Below are positions 17,791 through 26,088 of a DNA stretch of 32,000 nucleotides, piece by piece. Made by a program: the position numbers and the translations under genes. The stretch lies in the NCBI RefSeq assembly GCF_000015025.1, contig NC_008578.1, forward strand, positions 510,001 to 542,000, in the 5' to 3' direction. Origin of the DNA: Acidothermus cellulolyticus 11B (GTDB taxonomy: Bacteria > Actinomycetota > Actinomycetes > Acidothermales > Acidothermaceae). The first letter of the stretch is position 1; each line of letters starts with the position of its first letter. Under the pieces are notes generated by a model. It was given only the letters and a program-made list of their open reading frames with translations. It did no database searches and was not told where the DNA came from.

Positions 17791-18567
17791 CTAAGCGATG
17801 CGACGGATTTTTGCCTGCCACTCCGGCGGCCCTACGGTCACCAGCTGCCACTCACTCTGGCCGGGACGCTCCGCCTCGAAGAGGTACCGCAACGGCGTAG
17901 GGTCATGGTCGGCGACGAGAAGCAGACCTTGACCGACCGCGAGGGTGTCGAACGCTGACGTCGTCAGGTCGGCGCAACTGTGCGTTCCCGCTTGGCGGGT
18001 GTCAACGACGAGAGGAATGTCGGCAACCTGGATGGTGGTTGCCCGATCCGGTCCGTCGGTCACGGATTTCGTGCCGTGGTCTCCGGTGAAAGCACGGAAC
18101 GACTCGTGCATCTGCCCGAGAACATCGTCCAGATCGACGCCTGCGGCGCGCAGTTCCGGCAGCAAAATGGCGTTCTCCTTGTCGATATGAGCGGAGAACA
18201 GGGTCGTGAACTGTGCGGCTGCCCGCGCCTGAAGGAGAACTGTCTCTGCTTCCTCGATGTCGCGCGCGAGGTCAAAGAGCAGCGCGTGCTCCTGTGACAT
18301 TCCGGTGACGAGCGGTCGCAACCGCTCAAGCTGGTACGCCGCCCGATACATCGTGTCCTCTTCGGCATGGGCGTGGGGTGCGATCTGACCCCGGATGAGG
18401 TCGATGATCGCTGCGCCACGGGACGACGTGCCGGTGTCCGGCGCCGACACACCGAGGGACCGCCAGAGTTCCTCGACCTCGTTCATCAGGTCGGTCCGAA
18501 GCTGTTCGTGGTGAGCGCGGATGACGTCGATGGGATCGGAACGGTCCGTGCTTCTCACCGTGATCAA
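17791..18567 (-). CDS. hemerythrin (HHE cation-binding) domain::DUF2249 fusion protein
   Basis: The N-terminal IRAHHEQL...HAHAEEDTMY...EHALL...HIDKENAILLPEL are hemerythrin His/Glu ligand motifs. The C-terminal LLLVADHDPTPLRYLFEAERPGQSEWQLVTVGPPEWQAKIRR matches the DUF2249 signature NDHDP.PL.YQF.AE..G.F.W.Y...GP..W. Confidence 0.8.
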   Translation of the reverse strand: MITVRSTDRSDPIDVIRAHHEQLRTDLMNEVEELWRSLGVSAPDTGTSSRGAAIIDLIRGQIAPHAHAEEDTMYRAAYQLERLRPLVTGMSQEHALLFDLARDIEEAETVLLQARAAAQFTTLFSAHIDKENAILLPELRAAGVDLDDVLGQMHESFRAFTGDHGTKSVTDGPDRATTIQVADIPLVVDTRQAGTHSCADLTTSAFDTLAVGQGLLLVADHDPTPLRYLFEAERPGQSEWQLVTVGPPEWQAKIRRIA

Positions 18568-18677
18568 CCGCCTTCCGTTGTTGCGCTCTCGGTTTCTCCT
18601 ATTGAGGTCATGACAAAGGTGGCCTTGGCTGACTTATGCACAGGGGACACCGTTGCCATCTTCTCATGACCCGACTA

Positions 18678-18701
18678 TTGTTACAAGTGTTCTCGTGACA
18701 A
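18678..18701. promoter_or_regulatory. 24-bp imperfect palindrome TTGTTACAAG-TGTT-CTCGTGACAA abutting the hemerythrin RBS
   Basis: 16/24 self-complementary positions (8/10 per arm). It contains the TCGTGACAAA core shared with 24012-24021. Confidence 0.45.
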
Positions 18702-18711
18702 AGGAGGACAG

Positions 18712-19218
18712 GTGACGACGCTCGCCGAAGCGCTGGAAGCCGAACACCGTCTCATCGACGAGGGCATCGAACGGTTTCTCGCGGCTCCTGCAGCGGACGA
18801 CGCTCCATCGGCACTGCGCAACGCCTTCGCCGGGCTGCGCCGGCACATCTACCTTGAAGAGGAGATTGCATTCCCGCCTCTGCAGGATGCCGGATTCGTC
18901 GGCCCGATCCTCGTGATGCTCAACGAACACGGAAAGATGTGGGACGTCATGACGGAAGTGGAGCGTCTTCTTGCCGCTGGTGACGTGACATCGGCTGCTG
19001 AACTGGTTCGCGGCCGGCTCACCGCACTATTGGCGTCGCACAACCCAAAAGAAGAGCGCATCCTTTATCCGCAGCTCGATAGCGCCCTTGAGCCGCAACG
19101 CCAGGAGGCGCTACGTGAGTTCGTCGCCGCCGGTCGGCTGCCCGATGGATGGGTCTGCGCGCGGGCGGGTTCGACGCCTGCTGCGAGCGAGACGCACCCG
19201 GCAGGTGACAGACGATGA
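18712..19218 (+). CDS. hemerythrin domain-containing protein
   Basis: LEAEHRLIDEGI, LRRHIYLEEEIAFPPL, LNEHGKMWD and HNPKEERILYPQLD give the full HHE ligand set. The AAGGAGG RBS lies 4 nt upstream of the GTG. Confidence 0.85.
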   Translation: MTTLAEALEAEHRLIDEGIERFLAAPAADDAPSALRNAFAGLRRHIYLEEEIAFPPLQDAGFVGPILVMLNEHGKMWDVMTEVERLLAAGDVTSAAELVRGRLTALLASHNPKEERILYPQLDSALEPQRQEALREFVAAGRLPDGWVCARAGSTPAASETHPAGDRR

Positions 19219-20378
19219 CAGTGAGCGTGAGCCGGGCGACGCAGTTGCGGGTCGTCGTCCGTGAGGAGACGCCGATTCTTCCGCGGATTGCGTTTGTCCT
19301 CATCTCCGTGGCCTCCATTGCGGGAGCCGTTTTCACCGGTACCGACCTCGGCGTGCACGGCGCCTTCCTCATTGTCAGGTGGTTCGCGCTCTGGGTGACC
19401 GCGCTGGCCGGCGGCTTCCTCGCCTGGCGCCTGTTCTACCTGCGGGCCACCGAAGCCGACGCGCAACCGGACGCGGTTTCTCGTTACAACACCGCCGCTA
19501 TCAGCCGTGCGGCCTGGCTTGGCCGATTCCTTGCCATCGGGACGGTGCTCGGGAGTGCCGGACCGTGGGCCGCAACGTATCTCGCAGACCGGCCGGCTCT
19601 GCGCGTCGCGCTTTCTGTTGACGCTCTCCTCCTTGCGATTGCGCTGACTGTCGGTATCGCCCGTCGCAGCGTCGCCTTTGCCGCCGCTGCTGCGTGCGCC
19701 GGGCAGTTGGTGGGCTGGGCCTACGCTGACGCCGGCCTGGGCGTCGACGGGGTTGTCCGGCTCGCGCACCTGACGGCGTTCACGCTCTGGCTGGGTGGCG
19801 CCTTGTGGAATATTGCTGTGGCCATGCCGGTCGGACGGCAGCACGCAACGATGGATGCGGTCATCGTCCAGGCTCATCAGTTGGACCGTTTTCGCTGGGT
19901 GGTGCGGGTCGCGCTACCAACGATCATCGGGACCGGGCTCGTGATGGCCGGTGCGTACCGCACGCTGCCGATGTCATGGTGGAGCCGTTACCCCGGCGTG
20001 CTTATTCCAATCAAAGTCGCCATTATCGTGGCACTCGTCGTCGTCTTCATCACGTGTCCGCTCTTCCGTCAGTGCTCACCGGTAAAAGGGGTCTGTGCCA
20101 TCGAGGATCTCTCCGAGTCCGCGGAACCCCAGCCGGCTGCCCCGCGGCTGGTGGACAACCGGCGGGTGCCGTGCGCGATCGGATTGATCCGCGCGGATGA
20201 AGCGATGCGTACGGTTCCGCCGGGTGCGGCATTGGAAATTCGGAGTCGAGACGTGTATGCGCCGATCGAAATCCGACTGTGGGCCGAGCGTCACGGGTAC
20301 CGCATGGAGAGCCTACGGCGTGCTGGAATCTGGCCGCGTCGCTACCACGTCTTTATCGTCCGGCGGCCAGAGGAATGA
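19215..20378 (+). CDS. CopD-like polytopic membrane domain fused to a C-terminal TusA/SirA-like domain
   Basis: About 8 TM segments with LAHLTAFTLWLGGALW (the CopD H-L-x5-W-x-GG motif). The C-terminal VPCAIGLIRADEAMRTVPPGAALEIRSRDVYAPIEIRLWAERHGYRM is collinear with TusA (G..CP.P....k.al..l..G..L.V...d.....di..w....G). Its ATG overlaps the hemerythrin stop (ATGA). Confidence 0.6.
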   Translation: MTVSVSRATQLRVVVREETPILPRIAFVLISVASIAGAVFTGTDLGVHGAFLIVRWFALWVTALAGGFLAWRLFYLRATEADAQPDAVSRYNTAAISRAAWLGRFLAIGTVLGSAGPWAATYLADRPALRVALSVDALLLAIALTVGIARRSVAFAAAAACAGQLVGWAYADAGLGVDGVVRLAHLTAFTLWLGGALWNIAVAMPVGRQHATMDAVIVQAHQLDRFRWVVRVALPTIIGTGLVMAGAYRTLPMSWWSRYPGVLIPIKVAIIVALVVVFITCPLFRQCSPVKGVCAIEDLSESAEPQPAAPRLVDNRRVPCAIGLIRADEAMRTVPPGAALEIRSRDVYAPIEIRLWAERHGYRMESLRRAGIWPRRYHVFIVRRPEE

Positions 20379-20461
20379 CGCACGGTTTCTGGGTGCGGCG
20401 TGTCGACTCAGCACGAAACGACGCGGTGTCGGACGGTGGCACGCTGGGTCACCCGGCCGAG

Positions 20462-20797
20462 TCACGAGGGCGTTTTCACAACGGAGAGGAGAAAGCTCGA
20501 ATCTTCCACCGCCTCGACCCGGTGGCGGTCCTCCGGTACGACGAGAAGGTCGCCGCCGATCGCTTCCCAGGTCGTATTTCCGGAGAGCAGTCGAATCCGG
20601 CCGAACAGGACGTACAGCGTCGCTTCGCCCGGACTCTCGTGTTCGGCGAGGGTACTGCCCGCGGTGAGAGCGACGAGGGTTTGACGGAGGTGATGTTCGT
20701 GACCGCCGTAGACCGTGTCGGCGGCCCGGCCTGCGGCGGATTGCCGCGCTTTCTCCAAGAGCTCCCTGCCGAGGGCGGTGAGGGATGTCTTGCGCAT
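20462..20797 (-). CDS. cupin-domain protein
   Basis: 111 aa. The pattern GGHEHHLRQTLVAL.AGSTLAEHESPGEATLYVLFGRIRL.....W....GDLLVVP is typical of small cupin_2 proteins. Confidence 0.6.
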   Translation of the reverse strand: MRKTSLTALGRELLEKARQSAAGRAADTVYGGHEHHLRQTLVALTAGSTLAEHESPGEATLYVLFGRIRLLSGNTTWEAIGGDLLVVPEDRHRVEAVEDSSFLLSVVKTPS

Positions 20798-20909
20798 CGG
20801 CTTACCTCACTGTCGCAGAGGATCGAGTCGATCTCACGATAGCGGGTATTCTGGAGCCCGCCAACTGCCGCGTTCGAGGAGTCCGATTTTTCTTGACGGG
20901 AGGCATGAA

Positions 20910-21254
20910 ATGCCACATGACGTGTATCCGCCGGCCACCGATGCGATGAGTCGCCGTCGTCGGGAACTTGCTCCGGAAATTCACGACGCGTTCACCGCGT
21001 TCAGCCGGCAGGTCTTCGCCGACGGGGCCTTGCCGGAAGTCACCAAGCAACTTATCGCGGTGGCCGTGGCCCATACCACCCAGTGCCCGTACTGCATTCG
21101 CGGTCACACGACATTGGCGCGGCGGAAAGGCGCATCCGATCAGCAAATCATGGAAGCGATCTGGGTTGCGGCTGAGATGCGTGCCGGCGGTGCGTACGCG
21201 CATGCGGCTGTTGCACTGGACGCCCTTGCCGCCGGCGAGTCGACGGGCTCCTGA
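20910..21254 (+). CDS. carboxymuconolactone decarboxylase (AhpD-like) family protein with CxxC
   Basis: LPEVTKQLIAVAVAHTTQCPYCIRGHT is the AhpD/CMD core motif. The GGGAGG RBS lies upstream of ATG 20910. The tracked ORF start at 20715 was trimmed. Confidence 0.8.
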   Translation: MPHDVYPPATDAMSRRRRELAPEIHDAFTAFSRQVFADGALPEVTKQLIAVAVAHTTQCPYCIRGHTTLARRKGASDQQIMEAIWVAAEMRAGGAYAHAAVALDALAAGESTGS

Positions 21255-21277
21255 CAACGGGTGGTGGAACGATCGGC

Positions 21278-21613
21278 TCAGGTGGGCCACCCGAGAAGCC
21301 GCTTTGCCTCCTCGCTCATGTCACGGTCGGGGTCCCACGGCGGTGACCAGACGATTTCCACTTCGAGATCTGCAATGCCCGGCAGCTGGTAGAGCGTGCC
21401 GTAGATTTGCTCGGTGATGTACGGGCCGAGCGGACAGGCGGGCGTGGTCAGCGTCGTCGCTACGCGGACCGCTCCGTTCGGGCTGACCGCGACTTCCCGG
21501 AGAAGTCCGAGGTCGACGATATTGATGCCGACCTCGGGGTCGATGACGTCGCGGAGCATCTCGATGACTTTTGCTTCGGTCGGTGGACCGTCAACGAGTT
21601 CGGTGACGTCCAT
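21278..21613 (-). CDS. DUF59 / SufT-like Fe-S cluster assembly factor
   Basis: VIEMLRDVIDPEVGINIVDLGLLREV....V.VATTLTTPACPLGPYI...I...L is the canonical DUF59 (MIP18) motif. The GGGAGGAGG RBS precedes the ATG. Confidence 0.85.
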   Translation of the reverse strand: MDVTELVDGPPTEAKVIEMLRDVIDPEVGINIVDLGLLREVAVSPNGAVRVATTLTTPACPLGPYITEQIYGTLYQLPGIADLEVEIVWSPPWDPDRDMSEEAKRLLGWPT

Positions 21614-21674
21614 TTCTTCCTCCTCCCGGTGCGGGTTTGTCGCCGCGGGTGGCCGCGCGCGCAATCGACGGTGG

Positions 21675-22028
21675 TCAGGCGTCGTTCTTTTCCCGATGCG
21701 GCACCGCAGCCACCAGCGGAGTGTCGACGCCGAGCGGGCCGAGCTTGCTTGCTCCGCCGGGTGAGCCCAGCGGCGCGTCACGTCCCGGCAGGGTTTCGTG
21801 GAAGAACGCGGCATTGTCCTCGCGGTACACCGTCCACTGCTCCGGCAGGTCGTCCTCGTAGTAAATGGCCTCCACGGGGCAGACGGGTTCGCAGGCTCCG
21901 CAGTCCACGCATTCGTCGGGGTGAATGTACAACGACCGCGCACCCTCATAAATGCAGTCGACGGGACATTCCTCCACGCAGGCGCGGTCCATTACATCGA
22001 TACACGGTTCAGCGATGACGTACGTCAT
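21675..22028 (-). CDS. fdxA: 7Fe ([3Fe-4S][4Fe-4S]) ferredoxin
   Basis: MTYVIAEPCIDVMDRACVEECPVDCIYEG....YIHPDECVDCGACEPVCPVEAIYYEDDLP is the textbook actinobacterial FdxA sequence. Confidence 0.92.
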   Translation of the reverse strand: MTYVIAEPCIDVMDRACVEECPVDCIYEGARSLYIHPDECVDCGACEPVCPVEAIYYEDDLPEQWTVYREDNAAFFHETLPGRDAPLGSPGGASKLGPLGVDTPLVAAVPHREKNDA

Positions 22029-22067
22029 CTTCTCCTCTCCCTCCTCTACCGACCGGCCGGCTCACCG

Positions 22068-23225
22068 TCACGGGGACGCCGTCGCGCCGCCCGCCGCGCT
22101 CCGCATTCTCTTGGCCTGTTGATGACTGCGGATCGCGATAACCATGGCCGCGAGGAAACCTAAGAGGGCGACCTCGTTCAGACTTCCGCCGATCTGCCAC
22201 GCCAGGTGGTTGCCGAACGCGTCGCCGCCGAGGATCCGGAGCACGAGCGAAGCGTGCAGCAGCACGACGTGACCGTAGAAGTACCGCCGATAGGGAATCT
22301 CGGCCCGGAACACGGCAGGCACGATGACGGGTGCGTGGGCGAAAACCATGCCGATGACGAAGCCGAGAAACGTCGCGTGCAGCATTGCGTCGTACGCCGG
22401 ACCGTCCGCGAGGGTGGCGAACCGCAACCAGAGCGCGCCGGCGACGGCAAGCCAGCCGTACCCGGCGAGGAGACAGACGGCCATGTAACGAGTCAGACCG
22501 TGCTGGCGGACGGTCCGCCGCGCGACGTCATACCGCGCAAGCCACGCGGTGAAGACGAGGAGGCCGATTCCGGCCACCCGCATTCCCCACCGGACCGACA
22601 CCAGGGTCACCGTGACACCGATGAGAAAGATCCCGGCAGCAGCGAGGAAACTCCGGCGCGCGAAGCGATCGAGGGAGAGCATCCGCGCGAGCTCCAGCCG
22701 CTCGCCGGTAATCGTGAGGACGAGAAATCCGGCAAGCCACGGCACGAATCGTGCGACGTCCCAACCGGCCAACCAGAGTCCACTGGCCACGACCCAGGCG
22801 ACCGCCCCGCCGGCCATGACCGTCAGATGCGTGCTGGCCTGCCTGGTTGCGGCTATCGCGTATAGCACGATGAGCCCGATTCCCGCGGCGGCGAACGCAA
22901 TTTTTCCTACCGTGACGGCACCGACGAGTACGGCGAGTCCACCGAAGCCGGCGAGGGCTGGTACGGCGTAGCCCGGCCGCAGGTCGATGGCGACCGCCCG
23001 CTCCAACGCGATGAGGGTGCCGAGGAAACCGAGGACCATGAGGGGGCCGTGAATCTCGGCGAAATCGGGTCGTGGCGCGGGTACGGAGAGGCCGAGGAGG
23101 AGCAGCGCAGCCCAGAGCGCGGCGAGCAGGGTGAGCATCCCGGCGGCGCCGATGACAAGGCGCGGCCGAATGCTCGGCCGGCGGGCCGGCGTCACCGCCG
23201 ATCGGTGCGCAGTCTGCGTTGTCAT
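22068..23225 (-). CDS. polytopic (about 12 TM) membrane protein, possibly NnrS-like
   Basis: 385 aa. Conserved-looking His positions are in IHGPLMVLGFLGTLIALER and MLHATFLGFVIGMVFAH. These resemble the H...M..GF and H....G..G.M motifs remembered for NnrS. Size and topology fit. Its ATG overlaps the regulator stop (ATGA). Confidence 0.4.
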   Translation of the reverse strand: MTTQTAHRSAVTPARRPSIRPRLVIGAAGMLTLLAALWAALLLLGLSVPAPRPDFAEIHGPLMVLGFLGTLIALERAVAIDLRPGYAVPALAGFGGLAVLVGAVTVGKIAFAAAGIGLIVLYAIAATRQASTHLTVMAGGAVAWVVASGLWLAGWDVARFVPWLAGFLVLTITGERLELARMLSLDRFARRSFLAAAGIFLIGVTVTLVSVRWGMRVAGIGLLVFTAWLARYDVARRTVRQHGLTRYMAVCLLAGYGWLAVAGALWLRFATLADGPAYDAMLHATFLGFVIGMVFAHAPVIVPAVFRAEIPYRRYFYGHVVLLHASLVLRILGGDAFGNHLAWQIGGSLNEVALLGFLAAMVIAIRSHQQAKRMRSAAGGATASP

Positions 23226-23989
23226 CGGGGACGTGTCTCTGTCGGCTGTTTCGGCGACCGTTTTGGTGTACCGGACGAACGTCGCCGCCGGTCGGCTGGT
23301 GTACCGGATGAACGTCGCCGCTGGTCGGTCCGGCGCAACCGTGCCGTGCAGAGCGTCGGGGTGACGAAGGGCCGGAGGTCCATGACCTCCAGCGGCGCGT
23401 GCAATTCGCCGACCGCGCCTTCGATCAACCCACGATGCAGCGCGCACACGATGTCGGTGTGCCGGAGCGCAACTTCGCGGAACGGGCAGTGGCGGAGCAG
23501 GAATTCCGTTTCGCCGTCCAGCTTGCGCATCTCGGGACGGAACCCGATCGCGTCGAGGACGGCGTTGACCCGCCGGACGGCCTCGTCGGTGGAAATCTGT
23601 TCCGACGGCGCGGGCCGCTCGACCAGGTGCTGTCCCCACTGGCGGCCCGTCTTCCTCGCACCGTCGGTGGATTTCTCGATCGATGCGACCAAGCCGGTGA
23701 GCATCTCCGCGAGGAGCGCATAGCTGCGCGGACCCGGGTCCGTTGCCGTGGCGGCGTACAGGATCCGCGGACGGCCCGGCGTGTCCCGCGGTTCGGCGCT
23801 TCGACTCACCAAACCCTCGTCCACCAACCGGTCCAGGTGGAAGCGTGCGGTGTTGGCATGCACGCCGGTCGCCTCGGCAATCTCGGTAATCGAGAGCGGC
23901 CGGTCCGCGGCGCGGAGATGATCGAGGATCGCCGCCCGGCGGGCGCTGTCAACGGCCGGCGGTGCGCTGTCAGTGAGGTTCACGGTCAC
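23222..23989 (-). CDS. winged-HTH (ArsR/HTH_20-like) transcriptional regulator with a Cys/His-containing C-terminal domain and a basic repeat tail
   Basis: RRAAILDHLRAADRPLSITEIAEATGVHANTARFHLDRLVDEGLV is a wHTH. The effector-like domain carries LLRHCPFREVA...VCALHRGLIEG. The tail is RRRSSGTPADRRRRSSGTP. Confidence 0.75.
   Translation of the reverse strand: MTVNLTDSAPPAVDSARRAAILDHLRAADRPLSITEIAEATGVHANTARFHLDRLVDEGLVSRSAEPRDTPGRPRILYAATATDPGPRSYALLAEMLTGLVASIEKSTDGARKTGRQWGQHLVERPAPSEQISTDEAVRRVNAVLDAIGFRPEMRKLDGETEFLLRHCPFREVALRHTDIVCALHRGLIEGAVGELHAPLEVMDLRPFVTPTLCTARLRRTDQRRRSSGTPADRRRRSSGTPKRSPKQPTETRPR
23265..23330. repeat. 33-bp tandem duplication (2 copies, 29/33 identical)
   Basis: GGTGTACCGGACGAACGTCGCCGCCGGTCGGCT is followed by GGTGTACCGGATGAACGTCGCCGCTGGTCGGTC. 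It encodes the duplicated RRRSSGTP tail of the regulator, about 40 nt upstream of the coupled membrane-protein start. Confidence 0.95.
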
Positions 23990-24064
23990 GTCCTAATTTT
24001 CTCAGATCGATTCGTGACAAACAAGCGAACCGCGCTCCGTCACGGCCCTCCGTTCCAGAGCCGG

Positions 24065-24601
24065 TCAATGGCTCGCGAGATCCGCCGCCAGCAGAATGAT
24101 CCCGACGGATCCGATGAGCGATGTGAGGGCAAGGCCGCGGGCCAAGGCACGCCGTCCGCTGCCGTGCGCCCACCCGTGCAGCCCGGAGACGGCGAGCACG
24201 GCAGCGAAAAGCGCGAGTTTCGCGGTGAGAATCCGGCCGTAACCGGGCTGGGCGAGGCTGGACCAGGTGACGCCGTGCTCAATGGCCAGGCCGATCCCGG
24301 TGCCGACTTGCACCGGGAGGAAAACGGCGAGAGTGAACAGCCCGAAACGCCGCCCAATAGCCGTCGTCAAGGCTGCCTGGAATTCGGCCGGAAGACGACG
24401 GCGCACCAGCGGAAGGAGCAGGGTCGTCAAGAGAATCTGACCGCCGACCCAGGTAGCCGCCGAGAGGATGTGCAGAAAACGAATGAGGACCCAACCGTTC
24501 ACCGATCTGCTCCCGTGGCCTTCCGTCGTCGCTCCGTACCGTCCGTCTCTCGGGGCGGCCGGCTGCGGCTGCGCTCCCGGCCGCAGCGTAGTCGAGCGCA
24601 T
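24065..24601 (-). CDS. small CopD-like membrane protein
   Basis: FLHILSAATWVGGQILL is the CopD H-x-L-x4-W-x-GG motif, and there are 4 TM helices. The start is ambiguous. GTG 24502, preceded by GGGAGC, would give about 145 aa. Confidence 0.55.
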   Translation of the reverse strand: MRSTTLRPGAQPQPAAPRDGRYGATTEGHGSRSVNGWVLIRFLHILSAATWVGGQILLTTLLLPLVRRRLPAEFQAALTTAIGRRFGLFTLAVFLPVQVGTGIGLAIEHGVTWSSLAQPGYGRILTAKLALFAAVLAVSGLHGWAHGSGRRALARGLALTSLIGSVGIILLAADLASH

Positions 24602-24646
24602 CTGTCACGCTCGTTCGCGGTGCGGCGGCTCCGCAAGACGGCCGGA

Positions 24647-26086
24647 TCACGGGGTGCGCACCGAAATGGTTCCCATCGCGCCGAGCTCCGCATCGGCCAT
24701 CTGGTGGTCGACGAACGGATAATCCCCCGGCCGGCTGAACGTGAGCTCGACGAATCCACCGTCGCCGGGGTCCACCGCCAGGGTCTGCGCCGCACCGTCG
24801 GAGGTGTTCTGTAGTGCGTAATGCCCATCGACGTACGTCGTCGTGAACGGTTCTCCGATGACATGGAAAGCGACGCCACGATTCGGGCCTGCATCGACGA
24901 TCCAGATCCGGATCCGCTGACCAACCACGGCGGTGAGCGGCCGCCACTTATAGGCGAAGGGGTAGCCGTTGAAAACGACGGTGTCCGGACGGTCGGCGAG
25001 CATTTTAGCGTAATCGCCGGGACCGCGCGGTGGGCCGAAGAAGAATTCCGACGCGACAAGCACGTACTCCCGGTCCACCGGTGCGAGATTCGGCGGATCG
25101 ATGATGAGTGCACCGTACATGCCGTTGGCGACGTGCATGAGCATCGGGGCGGTGCCGCAATGGTAGAGCCACGCGCCCGCGTAGCGTGCGACAAAGGTGT
25201 ACGTGTGCCGACCGCCCGGGGGAATCGGCGTCATTACTTCGGCAGGCGGTCCTGATTCGGCGTGAAAGTCGAGATTATGCGTCATCGACGTGTCATTGAC
25301 CACGGTCACTTCGAAGGTGTCACCGACCCTGCCGCGCAGCGTCGGACCAGGGACTCGACCGTCAAAGGTCCACAACGTCTGCGTGACACCCGGCGCGACC
25401 GTCGTGACGACATCGCGGATGTGCCAGGTCACTTTGTGGACCGTGCCGGACGGCGCGGCGGGGAGGGCGGCGTCGATGGGGCGCCACCCTGGCGGTGGGG
25501 CGGTATCGAGCGCCGCCGCGGTTGCATCAGCGGGATTTGGCGCGGCGACCCCGGATTCCGCCGGCATACCAGGCATTTCCATCACTCCGGTGCCGGGTTG
25601 CGGCGTCGGGGCGGCCGCCGCCGCCGTTCCGACAGTGATCGTCATCGTCATGCCGGCTGCGCGATGCCCCGGCACGGTGCACCATCCGGAGAGGTCGGTC
25701 CGCACGACACCGGCGTCAAGAGTTGTCTCTTGACCCGGCTCGAGCAGCCGAGTGTGCGCGCCGTTGGACAATCGCAGGTCGTGTTCCATGTGTCCGCCGT
25801 TGCGGACCACGAGGTACAGGTGAGTGCCCGGTGCGACAACGAGCCGGGCCGGGTCGATGTGGAATTCGGCGAGCGTCACGTTGACGCGGCTCACGCCATG
25901 CGTCGCCGGCGCAACCACCGCTGCCCGGGAACCGGTGTGTTGGTGACCGCTGCCGGCGAAGGCGATCGTTGCGGCGACGAGACCAATGCCCGCCGCGGCG
26001 GCAGTCAGGGCAACCAGCAGGTGGGTTCGCCGCGTCCGGGTCGACGCGGGCTCCGAGGCAGTCGGGACGCCGGTCCGCTCGGTCAT
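24647..26086 (-). CDS. nirK: copper-containing nitrite reductase with N-terminal anchor/Tat-like signal and an extra cupredoxin domain
   Basis: The motifs are THNLDFH (T1 His, catalytic Asp, T2 His) and LYHCGTAPMLMHVANGMYG (T2 His-T1 Cys ... His ... Met). The N-terminal extension carries HMEHDL...WCTVPGHRAAGM, a T1Cu cupredoxin. STRTRRTHLLVAL is twin-arginine-like. The start was trimmed to ATG 26086, which follows a GGAGGC RBS. Confidence 0.85.
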   Translation of the reverse strand: MTERTGVPTASEPASTRTRRTHLLVALTAAAAGIGLVAATIAFAGSGHQHTGSRAAVVAPATHGVSRVNVTLAEFHIDPARLVVAPGTHLYLVVRNGGHMEHDLRLSNGAHTRLLEPGQETTLDAGVVRTDLSGWCTVPGHRAAGMTMTITVGTAAAAAPTPQPGTGVMEMPGMPAESGVAAPNPADATAAALDTAPPPGWRPIDAALPAAPSGTVHKVTWHIRDVVTTVAPGVTQTLWTFDGRVPGPTLRGRVGDTFEVTVVNDTSMTHNLDFHAESGPPAEVMTPIPPGGRHTYTFVARYAGAWLYHCGTAPMLMHVANGMYGALIIDPPNLAPVDREYVLVASEFFFGPPRGPGDYAKMLADRPDTVVFNGYPFAYKWRPLTAVVGQRIRIWIVDAGPNRGVAFHVIGEPFTTTYVDGHYALQNTSDGAAQTLAVDPGDGGFVELTFSRPGDYPFVDHQMADAELGAMGTISVRTP

Positions 26087-26088
26087 CC

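Noticed and set aside
18642-18656. GGGGACACCGTTGCC considered as a DosR/DevR-type box because the neighbourhood looks hypoxia/NO-related.
   Set aside because: Only one GGGAC-like half-site is present, with no matching inverted half, so it is too degenerate to call.
18610-18669. 19-codon uORF (MTKVALADLCTGDTVAIFS) upstream of the hemerythrin gene, starting inside the TCATGACAAAGG repeat copy.
   Set aside because: It has no convincing RBS and is too short to evaluate. The repeat is better explained as a DNA-level regulatory element.
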